DNA from: Octopus sinensis
Lineage: Eukaryota
Length of the DNA: 64,000 nt
Reading direction: 5' to 3'
Assembly: GCF_006345805.1 (NCBI RefSeq)
Contig: NC_043017.1
Span: forward strand, 1,922,001 to 1,986,000
This document shows, piece by piece, positions 42,314 to 54,788 of this stretch. The notes under the pieces were generated by a model. That model did not search any database. It saw only the letters and a program-made list of their open reading frames with translations, and had not been told where the DNA came from. Position 1 is the stretch's first letter; each line of letters starts with the position of its first letter. A program made the position numbers and the translations under genes.

Positions 42314-42465
42314 GGTGGCTCTGTGGTAAGTAGCTCGCTTGCCAACCACATGTTTCCGGGTTCATTCCCACTGCGTGGCACCTTGGGCAAGTGTCTTCTA
42401 CTATAGCCTCGGGCCAACCAAAGCGTTGTGAGTGGATTGGTAGACAGAAACTGAAAGAGTCTGTC

Positions 42466-42513
<48 letters not shown>

Positions 42514-42762
42514 TAATAAATATATATATATATATATTATATATATGTCTGTGTGTGTGTGTGTAAGTATGTATGTATGTGTGTGTATATGTTAGTGTAT
42601 CTGAGTCTACCCTCCCTCCCATCATCGCTTGACAACCGATGGTGGTATGTTTACAGAATAAGACTTACGAAGAATAAATCCTGGTGTCGATTTGCTCGAC
42701 TATAGGCGGTGCTCCAACATGACCGCAGTCAAATGACTGAAACAAGTAAAAGAGAGTAAAGA
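42314..42762 (+). mobile_element. SINE family B
   Basis: Same head, centre and tail as 7961-8307. Confidence 0.85.
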
Positions 42763-43074
42763 GGATGTTTTAAACTTCGAAAGCCTGTGTGGACTCCCTC
42801 CCCCCAAGTTAAGCAGGAATCAAGGGGCCCATAGGCATAAAATGTTTGAGTACCTTTGATCTATCGCTTAAATACAAGCTGCTAGTCGATTTTGACAGTG
42901 TTATTATAACAGTTTGGCTCGATCAGTTTATAAGAGGGCTAAAAAATAAGTATCATTATTCGCAGGCCCCATTATTGAAGTTAAAAATAAATGTTTTCGC
43001 TGACTTGGATAGGGTATTTTGCGGTGGGGGGGGGGGTTCCATCGAATTGGTTCTCGGAGCACAGAAATCCTTTC

Positions 43075-43260
43075 TATTAAAGGCACAAGGCCTAGAATTT
43101 GTGGGGAAGCGGATGGTCGATCACATCGAACCCAGTACTTGCTTGGTACTTAATTTATCGACCCCCGAAAAGATGAAAGGCAAAGTCGATCTCGGTGGAA
43201 TTTGAACTCAGTACGTAAAGACGGACGAAAAGCATTTTTCCGGTGTGCAAACGATTCTTC
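43075..43260 (-). mobile_element. SINE family A copy
   Basis: Core cccgaaaagatgaaaggcaaagtcgatctcggtggaatttgaactcag. Confidence 0.8.
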
Positions 43261-43684
43261 GAGACATAAATAATAACATGTAAATACTGGCTTTGAAAGA
43301 CTCGTTTGTGTAGAAAAAGCTGAAGGTTACTCATGTGAAACGAACGCTCATTTCCTAGAGCAGCCTTCGAATTTTGCTATCTTAAAGGGTTTATCTGTCC
43401 AATATTTACATGCTCTTATTTATAGCGCCTACGAGATTCGAAAGCCAATTCCGCGCCCCCACCCCATCACCACCACCACCACCACCAAAAACAAAGAATT
43501 ATTCCACATTCTTTCGAAAATTTATAAATTCTTATGGCGCCAATAAACGTTTTATTTCGCTTCGTATCACATTTACGTAACGTTTAACAGAACAACAATC
43601 TTCGCCTAGAATATACATTGTCTTCACATTTGTCAGATTTAGAGTAATAGTTGTGTCTCTGTATTAAGTTTGACACTTTCCATG

Positions 43685-43860
43685 TTGGTGAATTGGCAGA
43701 ATCGTTTGCGTAGCAGACAAAATGCTTAGCAGCTTTTCTCCTGGTTATTTACGTTCCCAGTTCAAATTCTGCCGACGTCTGCTTTGGTTGTCGAAGAAAT
43801 AAAGTATCAGTCAAGCACTAAAGTCGATGTAATCGTATAACTCCTGACGCTAAAATTGTA
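43685..43860 (+). mobile_element. SINE family A diverged copy
   Basis: ggtgaattggcagaatcgttt...gttcaaattctgccg. Confidence 0.7.
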
Positions 43861-44010
43861 CCGTAACTGGGTGGGAATCCTGCAATAACATTCTTAATAT
43901 TATTTGCTCACCAGCGTCAGTAGTCAGTGTTATTTCCTTGTTAGCATGAAATATACTCGCAACAGGATGTAAAATAATTGTTGCCAAAATTCTCAAAATA
44001 TTCAACCATT
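43860..44010 (-). mobile_element. Gypsy-type LTR retrotransposon RNase H fragment
   Basis: LA..HPV.SIFHANKEITLTTDAGE..I..MLLQDSHPV resembles PVL..FD....LTTDAS..IG.VL.Q..HPV. Confidence 0.6.
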
Positions 44011-45182
44011 TGCAGAATGTTTCAGCAAATATTGAACATAAAAATTCCCTAATGCCAAAAACCACACAATTTCTTACTTACTAGGAGAGAAACATCTAAT
44101 TATTTTCTTGAATAAACTTCTATTTGGTAAAACAACTTTTGTAACAGAATATCCCCCAAACCATATAAGGTTGCATTTAAAAATACATTTCTCTAAGTTC
44201 GTAGCATATTCGTGCGTCTTTCAAGTGTTTCGTTATAATCTCGAATTCAGTTTCGCGTCAGCAGTTGTCCCAAAATTATATCACTGTAACAATTTTTTTA
44301 TATATTGTCCCCGAGACCTTTCTTGACACTGGGTGAAAATTGATTTGCAGTACGACGCCTTAAATAATTTCTGTTTATCTCAGTAAACAAGACGGGTATT
44401 AATGGTAGTGGTTTACTTGAAGTTATTAATTTTTATGTATTTGTTGGTACGTTTTATATGTGGGGTGGTCAGCTCTGAAGCACTCTTAAACGAGCTTACA
44501 CAGGCACACACTTTTAATGATAAACACATACAGGCTCGTTCTCCTGCATACGTTTATTTTTTGAACCTCATTAGATCTTCGACTACAAAAGTTAAGAGGG
44601 CGACTGACAAGGACAGAGAGACAGAGAGAGGAGAAAGAAACGTAAGAATGGATAAAGGAGACGAAGAGGGCTGAAAGAGAGAAGAAAGAGAAAGAGTGGA
44701 AGTGAGAAGAAATTTTGAAAAAAATTCAGAAAATTCCAGAAGGATTTGAAGAAAGTTTTAAGACGTAGAATTGTGGGAAAATATTTTCATGCAAAAGTTT
44801 TAGAAGGAAAAGTTAAAAACCTTTCATCCTGATGAAAGGGCCTTATGGGTTGGGTGATGTCCATGAAAATTTATTAACCATACAACTATATTTTCGATTT
44901 TCGTCGGGTGTCTAATTTCTTGATAGTATTCAGTGTAGGCTCTGGAGTTAGAAACCAAAAGCAAATAAGCTAAAAAAAAACACACCAATGAGGTCGTTAT
45001 CAGCGACAAAACAAACACACCAACTGAATCAACCCTACCCTAGCGTACTGAGAGCTGAAACTTGAAACTAATCAAATAGCCAACGAGGGCAGATGTATTC
45101 AGAGCATAAGAGAATAATACACAGACATTTATTCGATCTCACCCTCTCCCTCTATCTCACTCTTTCTCTCTATCTTATTCTA

Positions 45183-45225
<43 letters not shown>

Positions 45226-45234
45226 TATATATAT

Positions 45235-45286
<52 letters not shown>

Positions 45287-45482
45287 GAGGTAAAAAAAAA
45301 CGATTCCTTCAAAGGGGTGTAAAACATTCAAATGACTAGTACGGCAGTTGAATACCACAGAAGTAGGGGTAAAAATACAAAATACAAAAAATAGATTAAA
45401 TAGAGAAATATAATTGACAATCCAACAATTTATTACATTATAATATAATATAAGATAACCAATTTAAGAAACACAAACAAAT

Positions 45483-45568
45483 AAAGCCAACAATTTGTTT
45501 CGACTTATATGCATTTTTTTTATTTATAAACAATTCATATCTATGTACACAAGTCTCTTCAGGGCCTT
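45483..45568 (-). ncRNA. Type I hammerhead ribozyme motif with long stem II
   Basis: Minus strand: aaggcc CTGAAGA gacttgtgtacat-[28 nt]-atgcatataagtc GAA ACAA A TTGT T ggcttt. Stem I 6 bp, stem II 12 of 13 paired with canonical G-C first pair, stem III acaa/ttgt, GUU triplet. Confidence 0.7.
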
Positions 45569-45701
45569 GGTTAAAAAATACTGACGAAATTCCGTGTAAG
45601 AGGACTGCCAAATTGCATAATACTAATTCAAAATACATATGTTTAGAAGCGTTAACAATTCAAATAAATACAAGAAATGAACAACAAAATTCAAACGGAT
45701 A

Positions 45702-45738
<37 letters not shown>

Positions 45739-46119
45739 AGGTTGAAAAGTAACACAAGAGTTGATATCTATAAGGAAAATAAGACAAGGTAAGAAATGCT
45801 AAAATAATTTTATCCCGAAATACATTTTGTGACGGTAAATACTGGTTTCTGTCTTTTCAGTATTTTTCAACAAAGAGTAAAACAACGGTGATTATTAATT
45901 AAGAAGAAAAACAATTAAGTTGAATAAAAGATTAAATGAATGTTTTGTAAACATTTCCATAGTCTTCAAATAATTAGGATATTATCTTTCTCTCTCTCTT
46001 CCTTTGTGAAGGCTCCGTAGGTAATAGTAGGTATGAAAAAGTAGTGTCTTTGGGTGCAGTGAAAAATATTTGTTTCTGAAGTTTGATGGTTTAAGCAGCA
46101 GCCGAAGATGTAGAAGGCA

Positions 46120-46201
46120 AAGAAGAAGAAGAAGAAGAAGAAGACGAAGAAGAAGAAGAAGAAGAAGAAGAAGAAGAAGAAGAAGAAGAAGAAGAAGAAG
46201 A
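46120..46201 (+). repeat. (GAA)n microsatellite
   Basis: Direct reading. Confidence 0.95.
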
Positions 46202-46355
46202 ATGGAGGTATGGCCCAGTAATAGAGGCTGTCCGTGGAATCTACTTTAATGATCAAGTGACCTAAAAGTGACCTGTTGTGATTGTAGCAGTAGTGGTAGG
46301 AACTGTTCTAGATAAGTTCATGGCTAGCGACTGTTCTTAATATATCTAAGATACT

Positions 46356-46520
46356 TCAGAATCGTTAGCATGGCGGGCAACATGCATAGTGACATGTAGT
46401 CGTCTCTAAGTTCTGAGTTCAAATTCCGCCGAGGTTGACTTTGCTCTTCATCCTTTCGGGGTCGATAAATTAAATACTAGTTGTGTACTGGAGTCGATCT
46501 AATCGAGTGGCCCCTTGCAT
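46356..46520 (+). mobile_element. SINE family A, diverged copy
   Basis: ctgagttcaaattccgccgaggttgactttgc...ggggtcgataaattaa core. Confidence 0.8.
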
Positions 46521-46559
46521 CAAGGAATATAACACATTCAACATTCCTTGATCTTAGAA

Positions 46560-47010
46560 CGTAAAGACGGACGAAATATCGCTAAGCAGTTTTCCCAGTG
46601 TGCTAACGATTTTGTTCTACTCTAGGCACAAGGCCCGAAATTTTTAGTGAGTGGTGGGGCCACTCGATTGGATCGACCCCAGTCCGCAACTGGTATTTAA
46701 TTCATAAACCCCGAAAGGAGGAAAGGCAAAGTCGACCGCGGCGAAATTTGAACTCAGAATGTAAAGACAGACGAAATACTTATTTCTTTACTGCCCACAA
46801 GGGGTTAAACATAGAAAGGACAAACAAGGACAGACAAACTGATTAAGTCGATTATATCGACCCCAGTATGTAGCTGGTACTTATTTAATCGACCCCGAAA
46901 GGATGAAAGGCAAAGTCGGCCACGGCGGAATTTGAACTCAGAGCGTATCGGCATACGAAATACTGCTAAGCATTTCTCCCGGCGTGCTAACGTTTCTGCC
47001 AGCTCGCCGT
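46560..47010 (-). mobile_element. SINE family A compound (head + body + tail, second body with a different tail, head fragment)
   Basis: Reverse complement of the family A head at about 47010. Junction gtaaagaaataa|gtatttcg at about 46779. Confidence 0.85.
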
Positions 47011-48779
47011 TTTATACGTCATTATCTACATTAAAAGAACAGGAATGATAGAAAAGGGTATTCAGGAATAACAATTGTGTGCAATTTTAAATTTCATTCA
47101 AAATGCAGGACACCGATTAAATCCTCAATTTACCTTCAGAAATGTACTCTACAATATAATATATATATATATAATAGACATTATACTTCCATAGACTCTC
47201 CTTCATTTTCTCTCTCGTTCACGCTGTCTTTCACTCTCCGTTTTTACATTTTCTCTTGCTCTCCGTTTCTCCTTTGATATTTTGCTATATCTTTTAATGT
47301 TACCAGCATGCCAACCGACAATAACTAAATTATGTTTTGATTGAGTACTTAGGGAGTTACTTTGTTTTGTTATATTTTTGTTTTATTTGTCCGTTTTTTT
47401 TAAACTTTATAGAGTCTATTAAATTATATAATAAAAGAGATTTGCTGTTGTTTTGACAACTCAATTGATTTGACTATTTTTTTTATTGTTGGTTTGTTTT
47501 TTTTTTTTTTGCTTTATTACAATTTATTCTATTAATTTATATTCGTTTCTATAGCTTTAGAATGTCTTAAGTAAGGAGACAATATATTTATATATCTACA
47601 GAGAGAGTGAGAGAAAGATAGAGAGAGGGGCGAGGGAGAGGAAGAGGAGGATACAAAATGGAATTAGGGAATGATAGGGAGATGGGATGGAGGGTGGGGT
47701 AGAAAGTAGACATAGCGAGACATTTTGATGGAGAAAGTAGTACAGGAATTATTTGTCTGTGTGACAGTTGGCGACAGAGAGTGGGGAAACTGAGAGAGAT
47801 AAATAGATAGAGGGAGAGAGAGAGTGTGTGTGAGAGAGAAAGAGAGTGTGTGTGAGAGAGAGAGTGTGTGTGAGAGAGAGTGTGTGAGAGAGAGTGTGTG
47901 TGTGTGAGAGAGAGAGGGTGAAAGAAAGTGAGCATACCCAAACACACATGGAGGTTGGAATGAAATTCAAATTTATGAATAAATTAAGAGAGTGACGGGG
48001 AGAGGAGCTTTGTGTGCGAGAGAAGGAGAGAGAAACTGCGTCTGCGCATGTATGTGTATGTGTCTATAAGTCTGTGTGTGTGTGTACGAGTGTGTGTCTA
48101 AGTGCATGTGTATGTGTGTATGTTCATAACTCTGTGTTTGTGTGTGTGTATGAAAGAGAGAGAGAGTGAGAGAGAGAACTATGCGGGTGAAACTAAGGAG
48201 AAAATAGGGAAAGATAAAAGGGCGTTGAATAGTATCCGTCGCAATAACCTATGACCTGGTGGCACGTAGCTTGCTTTTTGTTAATTAGGTACCTGAATAT
48301 TCATAATCAACAACGGACACCCTTTCAACCTTCCATGCTTTCGTCCAGGGTAATACTGCACTGTGATTTCAATGAAACAGCGTGCAATAACATGGTTTGT
48401 CCATACAAACAACCTGACGTCTTGGTTAGTGATTGGTTCTACACGTTCATATTCGCGAGTCCAGTGATCTAAACACGAGCACACGCTCCCTCGGACACAT
48501 ATCTGCATACATACACGTATACATACACACATTATTCGAGCCTACTCTAAGCTACAAAGAATGCGTGTGGCAACTTGAAGATCCACTCGCCACACACGAT
48601 AGACTGGTTGTTGCACGGGCGCGAAAGCTACACTGTTATCCTTATTCCGTAAACGGTGGCTTTTAACGGGTGGCGAGCTGAGCCATCCTGGGGTACAGAG
48701 GATTCGCAATCTAGACTAGGGCCTGAAAGTTTACCACACCATAGTGAGTTACACCATGGTTCCTCTGATTTGGGGCAGA

Positions 48780-48975
48780 AGTAGGAAGAAAGAGTGAGAG
48801 AAAGTTGTGGGAAAAGAGTACAGTGGGGTTCAACCTCCCACCCCACACCCCGTCGGAGCCTCGTGGATCTTAGATGTTTTTGCTCAATAATCACTCACAT
48901 TGCCTGGTCTGAGAATCGAACCCACGTTCTTACGTTCGCGAGTCCGCTGCCCTAACCACGGCCATTGCGCCTCCT
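48780..48975 (-). mobile_element. SINE family D 5' part
   Basis: Reverse complement of ggaggcgcaatggccgtggttagggcagcggactcgcg. Confidence 0.8.
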
Positions 48976-49499
48976 TCACCTGTTGTTTTTAACGTTGTTA
49001 CTGCTTTATTTTCTCTGCTAGTTTCTGTGTCCGATGCCGCCGCTGTTGCTGATGTTGACCTGGTTTACAACCAGATGAGCTCTGATCAAGCATTGGTCAT
49101 CGTTGTATTTCCTTTTATCAATTAAAGCTCATTAAATAAAGCACACACAAATAACTCGTCTGAAGATTTTTACTGTTTTCTTCTTTGTGAGTCTTTTCCG
49201 CCACATCTAGAATAGTCCCTATTCGCTGGAATACACATCACTCATCTTTCTTCATCTCATCACCTGTATTCACCCTTCTCTTCTACCCATTACTGTCGAT
49301 TCTTGAGACTCCCTTTTGTCCTCGTGACCTCCACCCAATTCTGTTGCTATACAGCTTGAAATATTCAACATTAAATTTTCTCTCCTTGGTGGAAGAGATC
49401 TCAGAAAGTCTGGATTCTGCCATTTCTTCAAACGAAACCAAAATATAATAACTTCACCTAGCATTATATTACTAAATTATTAAATACCTAGTGTTAGTT

Positions 49500-49639
49500 T
49501 ACATTATTTACATTCGACGGATATTTGTCCTCATCTTGTTTGTTGTTAACACAACGTTCGGCTAATATATACTCCAGCCTTCATCAGGTGTCTTGGGGAA
49601 AATTCAAACCTGGATTCTCATTCCTAAGGTATTTTTCGA

Positions 49640-49676
<37 letters not shown>

Positions 49677-49770
49677 TTCGTTATTGTTAGTGTTCAGGTC
49701 ACTGCTTAGAATCGAACTCGGAACTCGGAATTTAGTAGGCCGCGCTCTTAACCACTACGCAATATGCCCG
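49500..49770 (-). mobile_element. Composite SINE-like element: tRNA-like Pol III head + (AAT)n + hammerhead-bearing tail
   Basis: Minus strand: A-box-like tgcgtagtggtta (49749-61), B-box-like gagttcgattct (49708-19), (AAT)n at 49641-49675, then gacac CTGATGA a ggctgg..ttagcc GAA-CGTT gtgtt (one A of GAAA lost). Confidence 0.7.
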
Positions 49771-51579
49771 TTAGTTTATTTTCGCTTTTAGAGAGTAATG
49801 CAAAGAGACGTTCCTGCTATTTCTAGACATTTCTAGCGACCACTAGAAGGCCCGAATTTACTTACGGTTTTCATTTCTATACCATTACAAAGTAATGCTA
49901 TACTTTCTGTACTGAGATGTTTGAAAATCTCCAAGTATTTTATTGTAACGATCCTATTGTGAAAGCACTCAAGTTTACCTTTACTTTATAGGGTTTCAGT
50001 CTCGAACCAGTTTCGCAGTAGCTTGAGCATATGAATTCCATCATCGTTTCCATTTGACCGTTCAAGGTTAGGCTTAGGGCTTGACATTGAATAGATAGAA
50101 ATTATGTGGATGCCATTTCGACTGTGAGTGTTAACGAAATGTTCTTTCGGTGAACATTTTTCTTTGCCCACATCGTGACATTCGCCCAGTATAAGGATGA
50201 TATGTTTTTCATAACTCATAACTTGGGATTTGCTTTCATTCCCTTTTCCCAACAACCTCAAAAATCGTTTGTAGGCATTGTTCTTTCTGTTTTAATGAAA
50301 CTATAAAAATTTTGGAAGAGCAGAAAGACAACAGGCAAATACAGAATGTCGTTTTAAAATATCTTTTAATTCACTGCTAAACGACATTCCAATATTATAT
50401 GTGTTTGGTGCAGCACTTGGAGATGGAACATTCTCGAAATAATGGTGATCTTTTTGTTTATGTTATTATGTGTCATATTATTGTTGTCATTGACAGATCG
50501 TCATCATTAATGCAATGTTTTTCTTCATTGTTGGCGTCATCATATTTTCGTTCTTGTGTCTGGAAATCATTTGCTAACATCTCATACTCTATAACTGTCT
50601 CGTTTACACAGATATATAGACAGACTGAAATTATGCCCCCCCCCACCCTCCGCTCCCCACCCTTCCCTTAATGTACATATAGAACGAAACTATCTTTTAT
50701 AAGACATCTTTAAAGTAACATTATCTCCTTCTATGATAGTTTACTTGATGGATGAGATTTTTGTCTGGGAATCAATTTTAGTGTAGCCAGTAGCGAAATG
50801 GAAGTGTCTTCAATAAAGAAAAACAATAATTATGCATGTTTGAATAAAATAATTCTTTCACCAAGGAAAAATATCATTTAAACATTTGACAGATTTCCAA
50901 ACATTGCTATCTGTGTTGACACTTGTAGAAAAACTTCGGCTAAAAACATTTGTGATCAATTTACATGACACTCGTGGTTTTAGACAATACTAGTCAAACT
51001 TTACTTCAACATCAGCAACATCAATCATGGTTTTCATCTAATAGTCGTAACGTTTCAACAGAACAAACGTAAATGCGTTCATTAATACATAATAAAATCT
51101 CTCTTACACAATGCATGGGGAGACGCTAGGTGGCGTGGTGGTGGTGGAGGGATTAAAATCAGTGGAATCGATACTTTCATAATAGTGTAAAGTATTTTAT
51201 ACTCTGAGTATCAGAACATTAAGTGGTTTATATCATACGAATGGTGAAATGAATCAACCACGGAATACGTTTATGTATGTGTGTGAGGGGGACGGTGTTT
51301 GTGTGTGTGTGTGTGTCTGTGTGTGTGTATGTATGTATGTATGTATGTGGAAGAATTTGTTTGGGTTGCAAAATGCTCCCAAATCTCGAAACATGTGGCC
51401 ATTGGTGTATTTTCTAATGCATTTTTTTTCAAATAGCAAACCAGTTTCAACATTTTTTTTGTTTATACATGATAAAACAATAAATTCAAAAAAGCGGGTT
51501 AGCAGGGTTTAAATTTACAAGGGGAAATTTTGAAAAAGATGCTTAAACGTATATTGTATAATGTGTGGGTGTGAATGCA

Positions 51580-51709
<130 letters not shown>

Positions 51710-51725
51710 ATATATATATATATAA

Positions 51726-51833
<108 letters not shown>

Positions 51834-52409
51834 TTAGGGAATAAATTATTATTCCAACTTCTGATATTAGGTGTCATGGACGTTGCAGAGATTGTTTTCT
51901 GTACGTGGATCAACTTTCTGCATAGAACTTTCGTTAGTAATGTACTACAGGTGGTAGAAGAGATCGCACTTCGTGTCTACCTGTGTTTTTAGTGTTGGCC
52001 TTAGTTTCAGTTGCAACAAAGTCATCATTTGTGCAAGACTCGGTGAGTTGCATGATATTATCTGGAATTAATAAATGAGGTTTTATTGTGATAAAATGAA
52101 CGAGAAAACCTCTTTCAATTTCAGTTACGGTTCTTTGAAATCGATACCTTTTCAATTTCTCCACAACAACCGATGCCTGGAGGAATACACGAACTTCCTC
52201 AGTTTGTTAGTTTCGTTTCACTATTTGATTGTTTAATTTTTTAAAAAAGTTCACATGGAAAGGTAAAGTATAAACATACAGAAAAAAAACGAAAAAACAA
52301 ATGTGAATCGTTAGGAAAAAGAGGATTAAAAAAAAAGCAACTCACTAAAACATTAGAGGAAGTTGGTTGATATTTCTATTAAATATTTTATTCGTTCGGT
52401 ATCAAAACT

Positions 52410-52620
52410 GGTGGGGGCGTATGGCGTAATGTTTAGAGTGTTGGACTCATGATCATAAGTTTGTGGTTTCAATTCCTAGTCCGAGTCACGAGTTTTGTTG
52501 TTGTTAATCCTCCGTGCTCCAATTTACTCAGCTGGCAAAGAAGAGTATTCCTGCGATGGGATGGTGTTCCTATCCAGAGTCTCAATTCGTCCAGTTTGTG
52601 AATCCAGCAAGAATAATCTA
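52410..52620 (+). mobile_element. SINE family C diverged copy
   Basis: ggcgtatggcgtaatgtttagagtgttggactcatgatc...ggtttcaattcc. Confidence 0.65.
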
Positions 52621-52699
52621 AAGACGATTGCTTTTAAGAAGGCCCTACGGAGGAGATTCCTGAGGACCTTAACCCTTCTTGGAAGAGTGGAGAAAATCG

Positions 52700-52749
52700 A
52701 CGGACGGACGGATGGATGGATGGATTGACGGACGGACGGACGGACGGAC

Positions 52750-52783
<34 letters not shown>

Positions 52784-52978
52784 ATGGACGGACGGACGGA
52801 CGGACGGACGGATGGATGGACGGATGGACACACAGACGGATGGACGGATGGACGGACGGACGGATGGACGGACGGACGGGGAGATGAAGGAACAGGTGGA
52901 TTGGTGGACATACGGATGGACGGGTGGTCGGATGGATGGATTGATGGATGGCGGGACGGACGGATGGGTGGATGGTTG
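52700..52978 (+). repeat. (GGAC)n/(GGAT)n compound microsatellite
   Basis: Direct reading. Confidence 0.95.
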
Positions 52979-53329
52979 GAATTTTAGTAATTCTATTTGC
53001 TCGATATTATACAAAACACTGGATTGATGACCCTTTCATTTTCATTCTGAGACACTTCTTGTAAATATCACTTTTCAGTGGAAGACGATGGTAAGTTCTA
53101 ACATCATTAAATTGGAATTACTCCACAGACCAGTGAAGTATTCTAGAATTTATTATTAAACATAGTTTTACAAAATCGTTGTGGAATGTAGTTCTGTAAA
53201 TATAAATCCTGGTCATCCATACTTATTGAAATCTGGTGTAGTAGCCTTTAGTTATTCAATAGTTTTACACATATCACTCTTCTAAAATGATTTATCAATT
53301 AATATGTAGGTATCTGTAACAATTATTTC

Positions 53330-53640
53330 GAAAAAGAGAAGATAGAAGCGGCCGTTGCTATGAACCGTTTGTGTCTGTAAAATAGTTTTCCCACACTTTA
53401 CTATGAAGCATGCAGGTCTCTCTATTTGAATGTCTCTGAGAGAGTCTTTAAATGCATCTGTTTCTCATCATTGTTGATATTTTTCAATGTACAGCTTCAG
53501 ATTATCAGCAAAGGAATTATATATTGCATTGGTATTCGTGGATGGTGCTGCAGATTCCATCATATTGCTACTTGAGGTTTTGTAATCAAATAGCGTTGCG
53601 TTCACTGCGAAAATGGTAGGGAGAAGAGAGAGGCTATGGA
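53330..53640 (-). mobile_element. LINE reverse transcriptase relic
   Basis: SFADNLKLY..**.TDAFKDSL resembles the FADD.KLY RT catalytic motif. In-frame stops. Confidence 0.45.
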
Positions 53641-54574
53641 GCTTGAATTATCCTATCGAAAGACTTAAGACACCTCATAGAGTCGTTATACATTTTGCAT
53701 TAAGCCCGTTGACATATTACCAGAACTTTGTAGAGTTCTCAACATCGTAAGAAAAGAGAATAAGTTACTTGACAAATGCAGCAGCCATTTGTCGGAGTAG
53801 AATGAAACATCTTATAATGAAGCCATGCTATCACAAAAGTGTCTTTATTACCTCAAACAAAACATATTTCTTAAATCAAGACTGTGATTTAGCCTACAGA
53901 AACTTGTTTTGCTCTGCTGTCTCAGTACTTACAAATTTTTGAACTCGTTATGCACTTGGAATATTTGTTTTATTAGGTTTATACACACATACATGCATAC
54001 ATACACCCACTATTACGTAAAAATACAGCTACATAATGCAGATATACATATATGCATACATACACACACATACGCACATCACAAAACATTATCAGGGTAT
54101 GACGGCTAGTGACTGTAATAGTCGTTATACACAACACACACACTCACTCAGATGCAGAGGTAGACAAAACTCCACCACTTCTCCCCGCTTTTTTGGAGGC
54201 TGTGAGACCATCGAACGATTCTTCACACATCCAATAAAGCATTATAAATAGTTTTGAATATTTGTATCTGGATACTTTACCTGTATGTTCCCGATTAAAT
54301 TCAATAATCTAACATCCTTTTTGATTACTGATTGACCAGATTTAACTCTGGTACTAGTGATTTTACAAAACCTACTGTTCAGCTATTATAATAAAAAAAA
54401 TGTTTAAAATAGAGAGAATTTCCTGCTCATCATTTTTCGTCATTAGCGATCTCGCGAGAAAATCGAACAATATATATACAAATGAAAACGAAGTAACAAC
54501 AATAGAAACAAATATGACAGCAATAATAATAATAATAATAATAATTATTATTATTATTAATATTATTATTATTA

Positions 54575-54788
54575 TTTTCTACTATAGGGACAAGGACTAA
54601 AATTTGTGGGGAAGGGACAACTCGATTTCATCGGCCACAGTGCGTAACTGGTAATTATTTTATTGACCCCGAAGGATGAAAAGCAAAGTTGACCTCGGTG
54701 GCATTTGAACTCAAAACGTAAAGGCGGACGAAATACTGCTAAGCATTCCGACCGGCGCGCTAACGATTCTGCCAATTCGCCGCCTTGA
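54575..54788 (-). mobile_element. SINE family A, full-length copy
   Basis: Reverse complement of the head (ggcggcgaattggcagaatcgttagc) and core. Confidence 0.85.

Noticed and set aside
43395-43545. Cluster of CCAAT boxes, GC-box-like and atggcg motifs as a promoter
   Set aside because: The motifs are short and lie between two SINEs, with no linked exon.
44821-44838. ctttcatc-ct-gatgaaag hairpin containing CTGATGA
   Set aside because: Simple 8-bp palindrome with no remaining hammerhead elements.
49700-49770. tRNA-like sequences at SINE heads as tRNA genes
   Set aside because: They have A/B boxes but no full cloverleaf or acceptor stem, and they continue into SINE bodies.
53495-53531. Plus-strand exon candidate after aatgtacag
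   Set aside because: It overlaps the minus-strand LINE RT motif FADNLKLY, which explains the sequence better.
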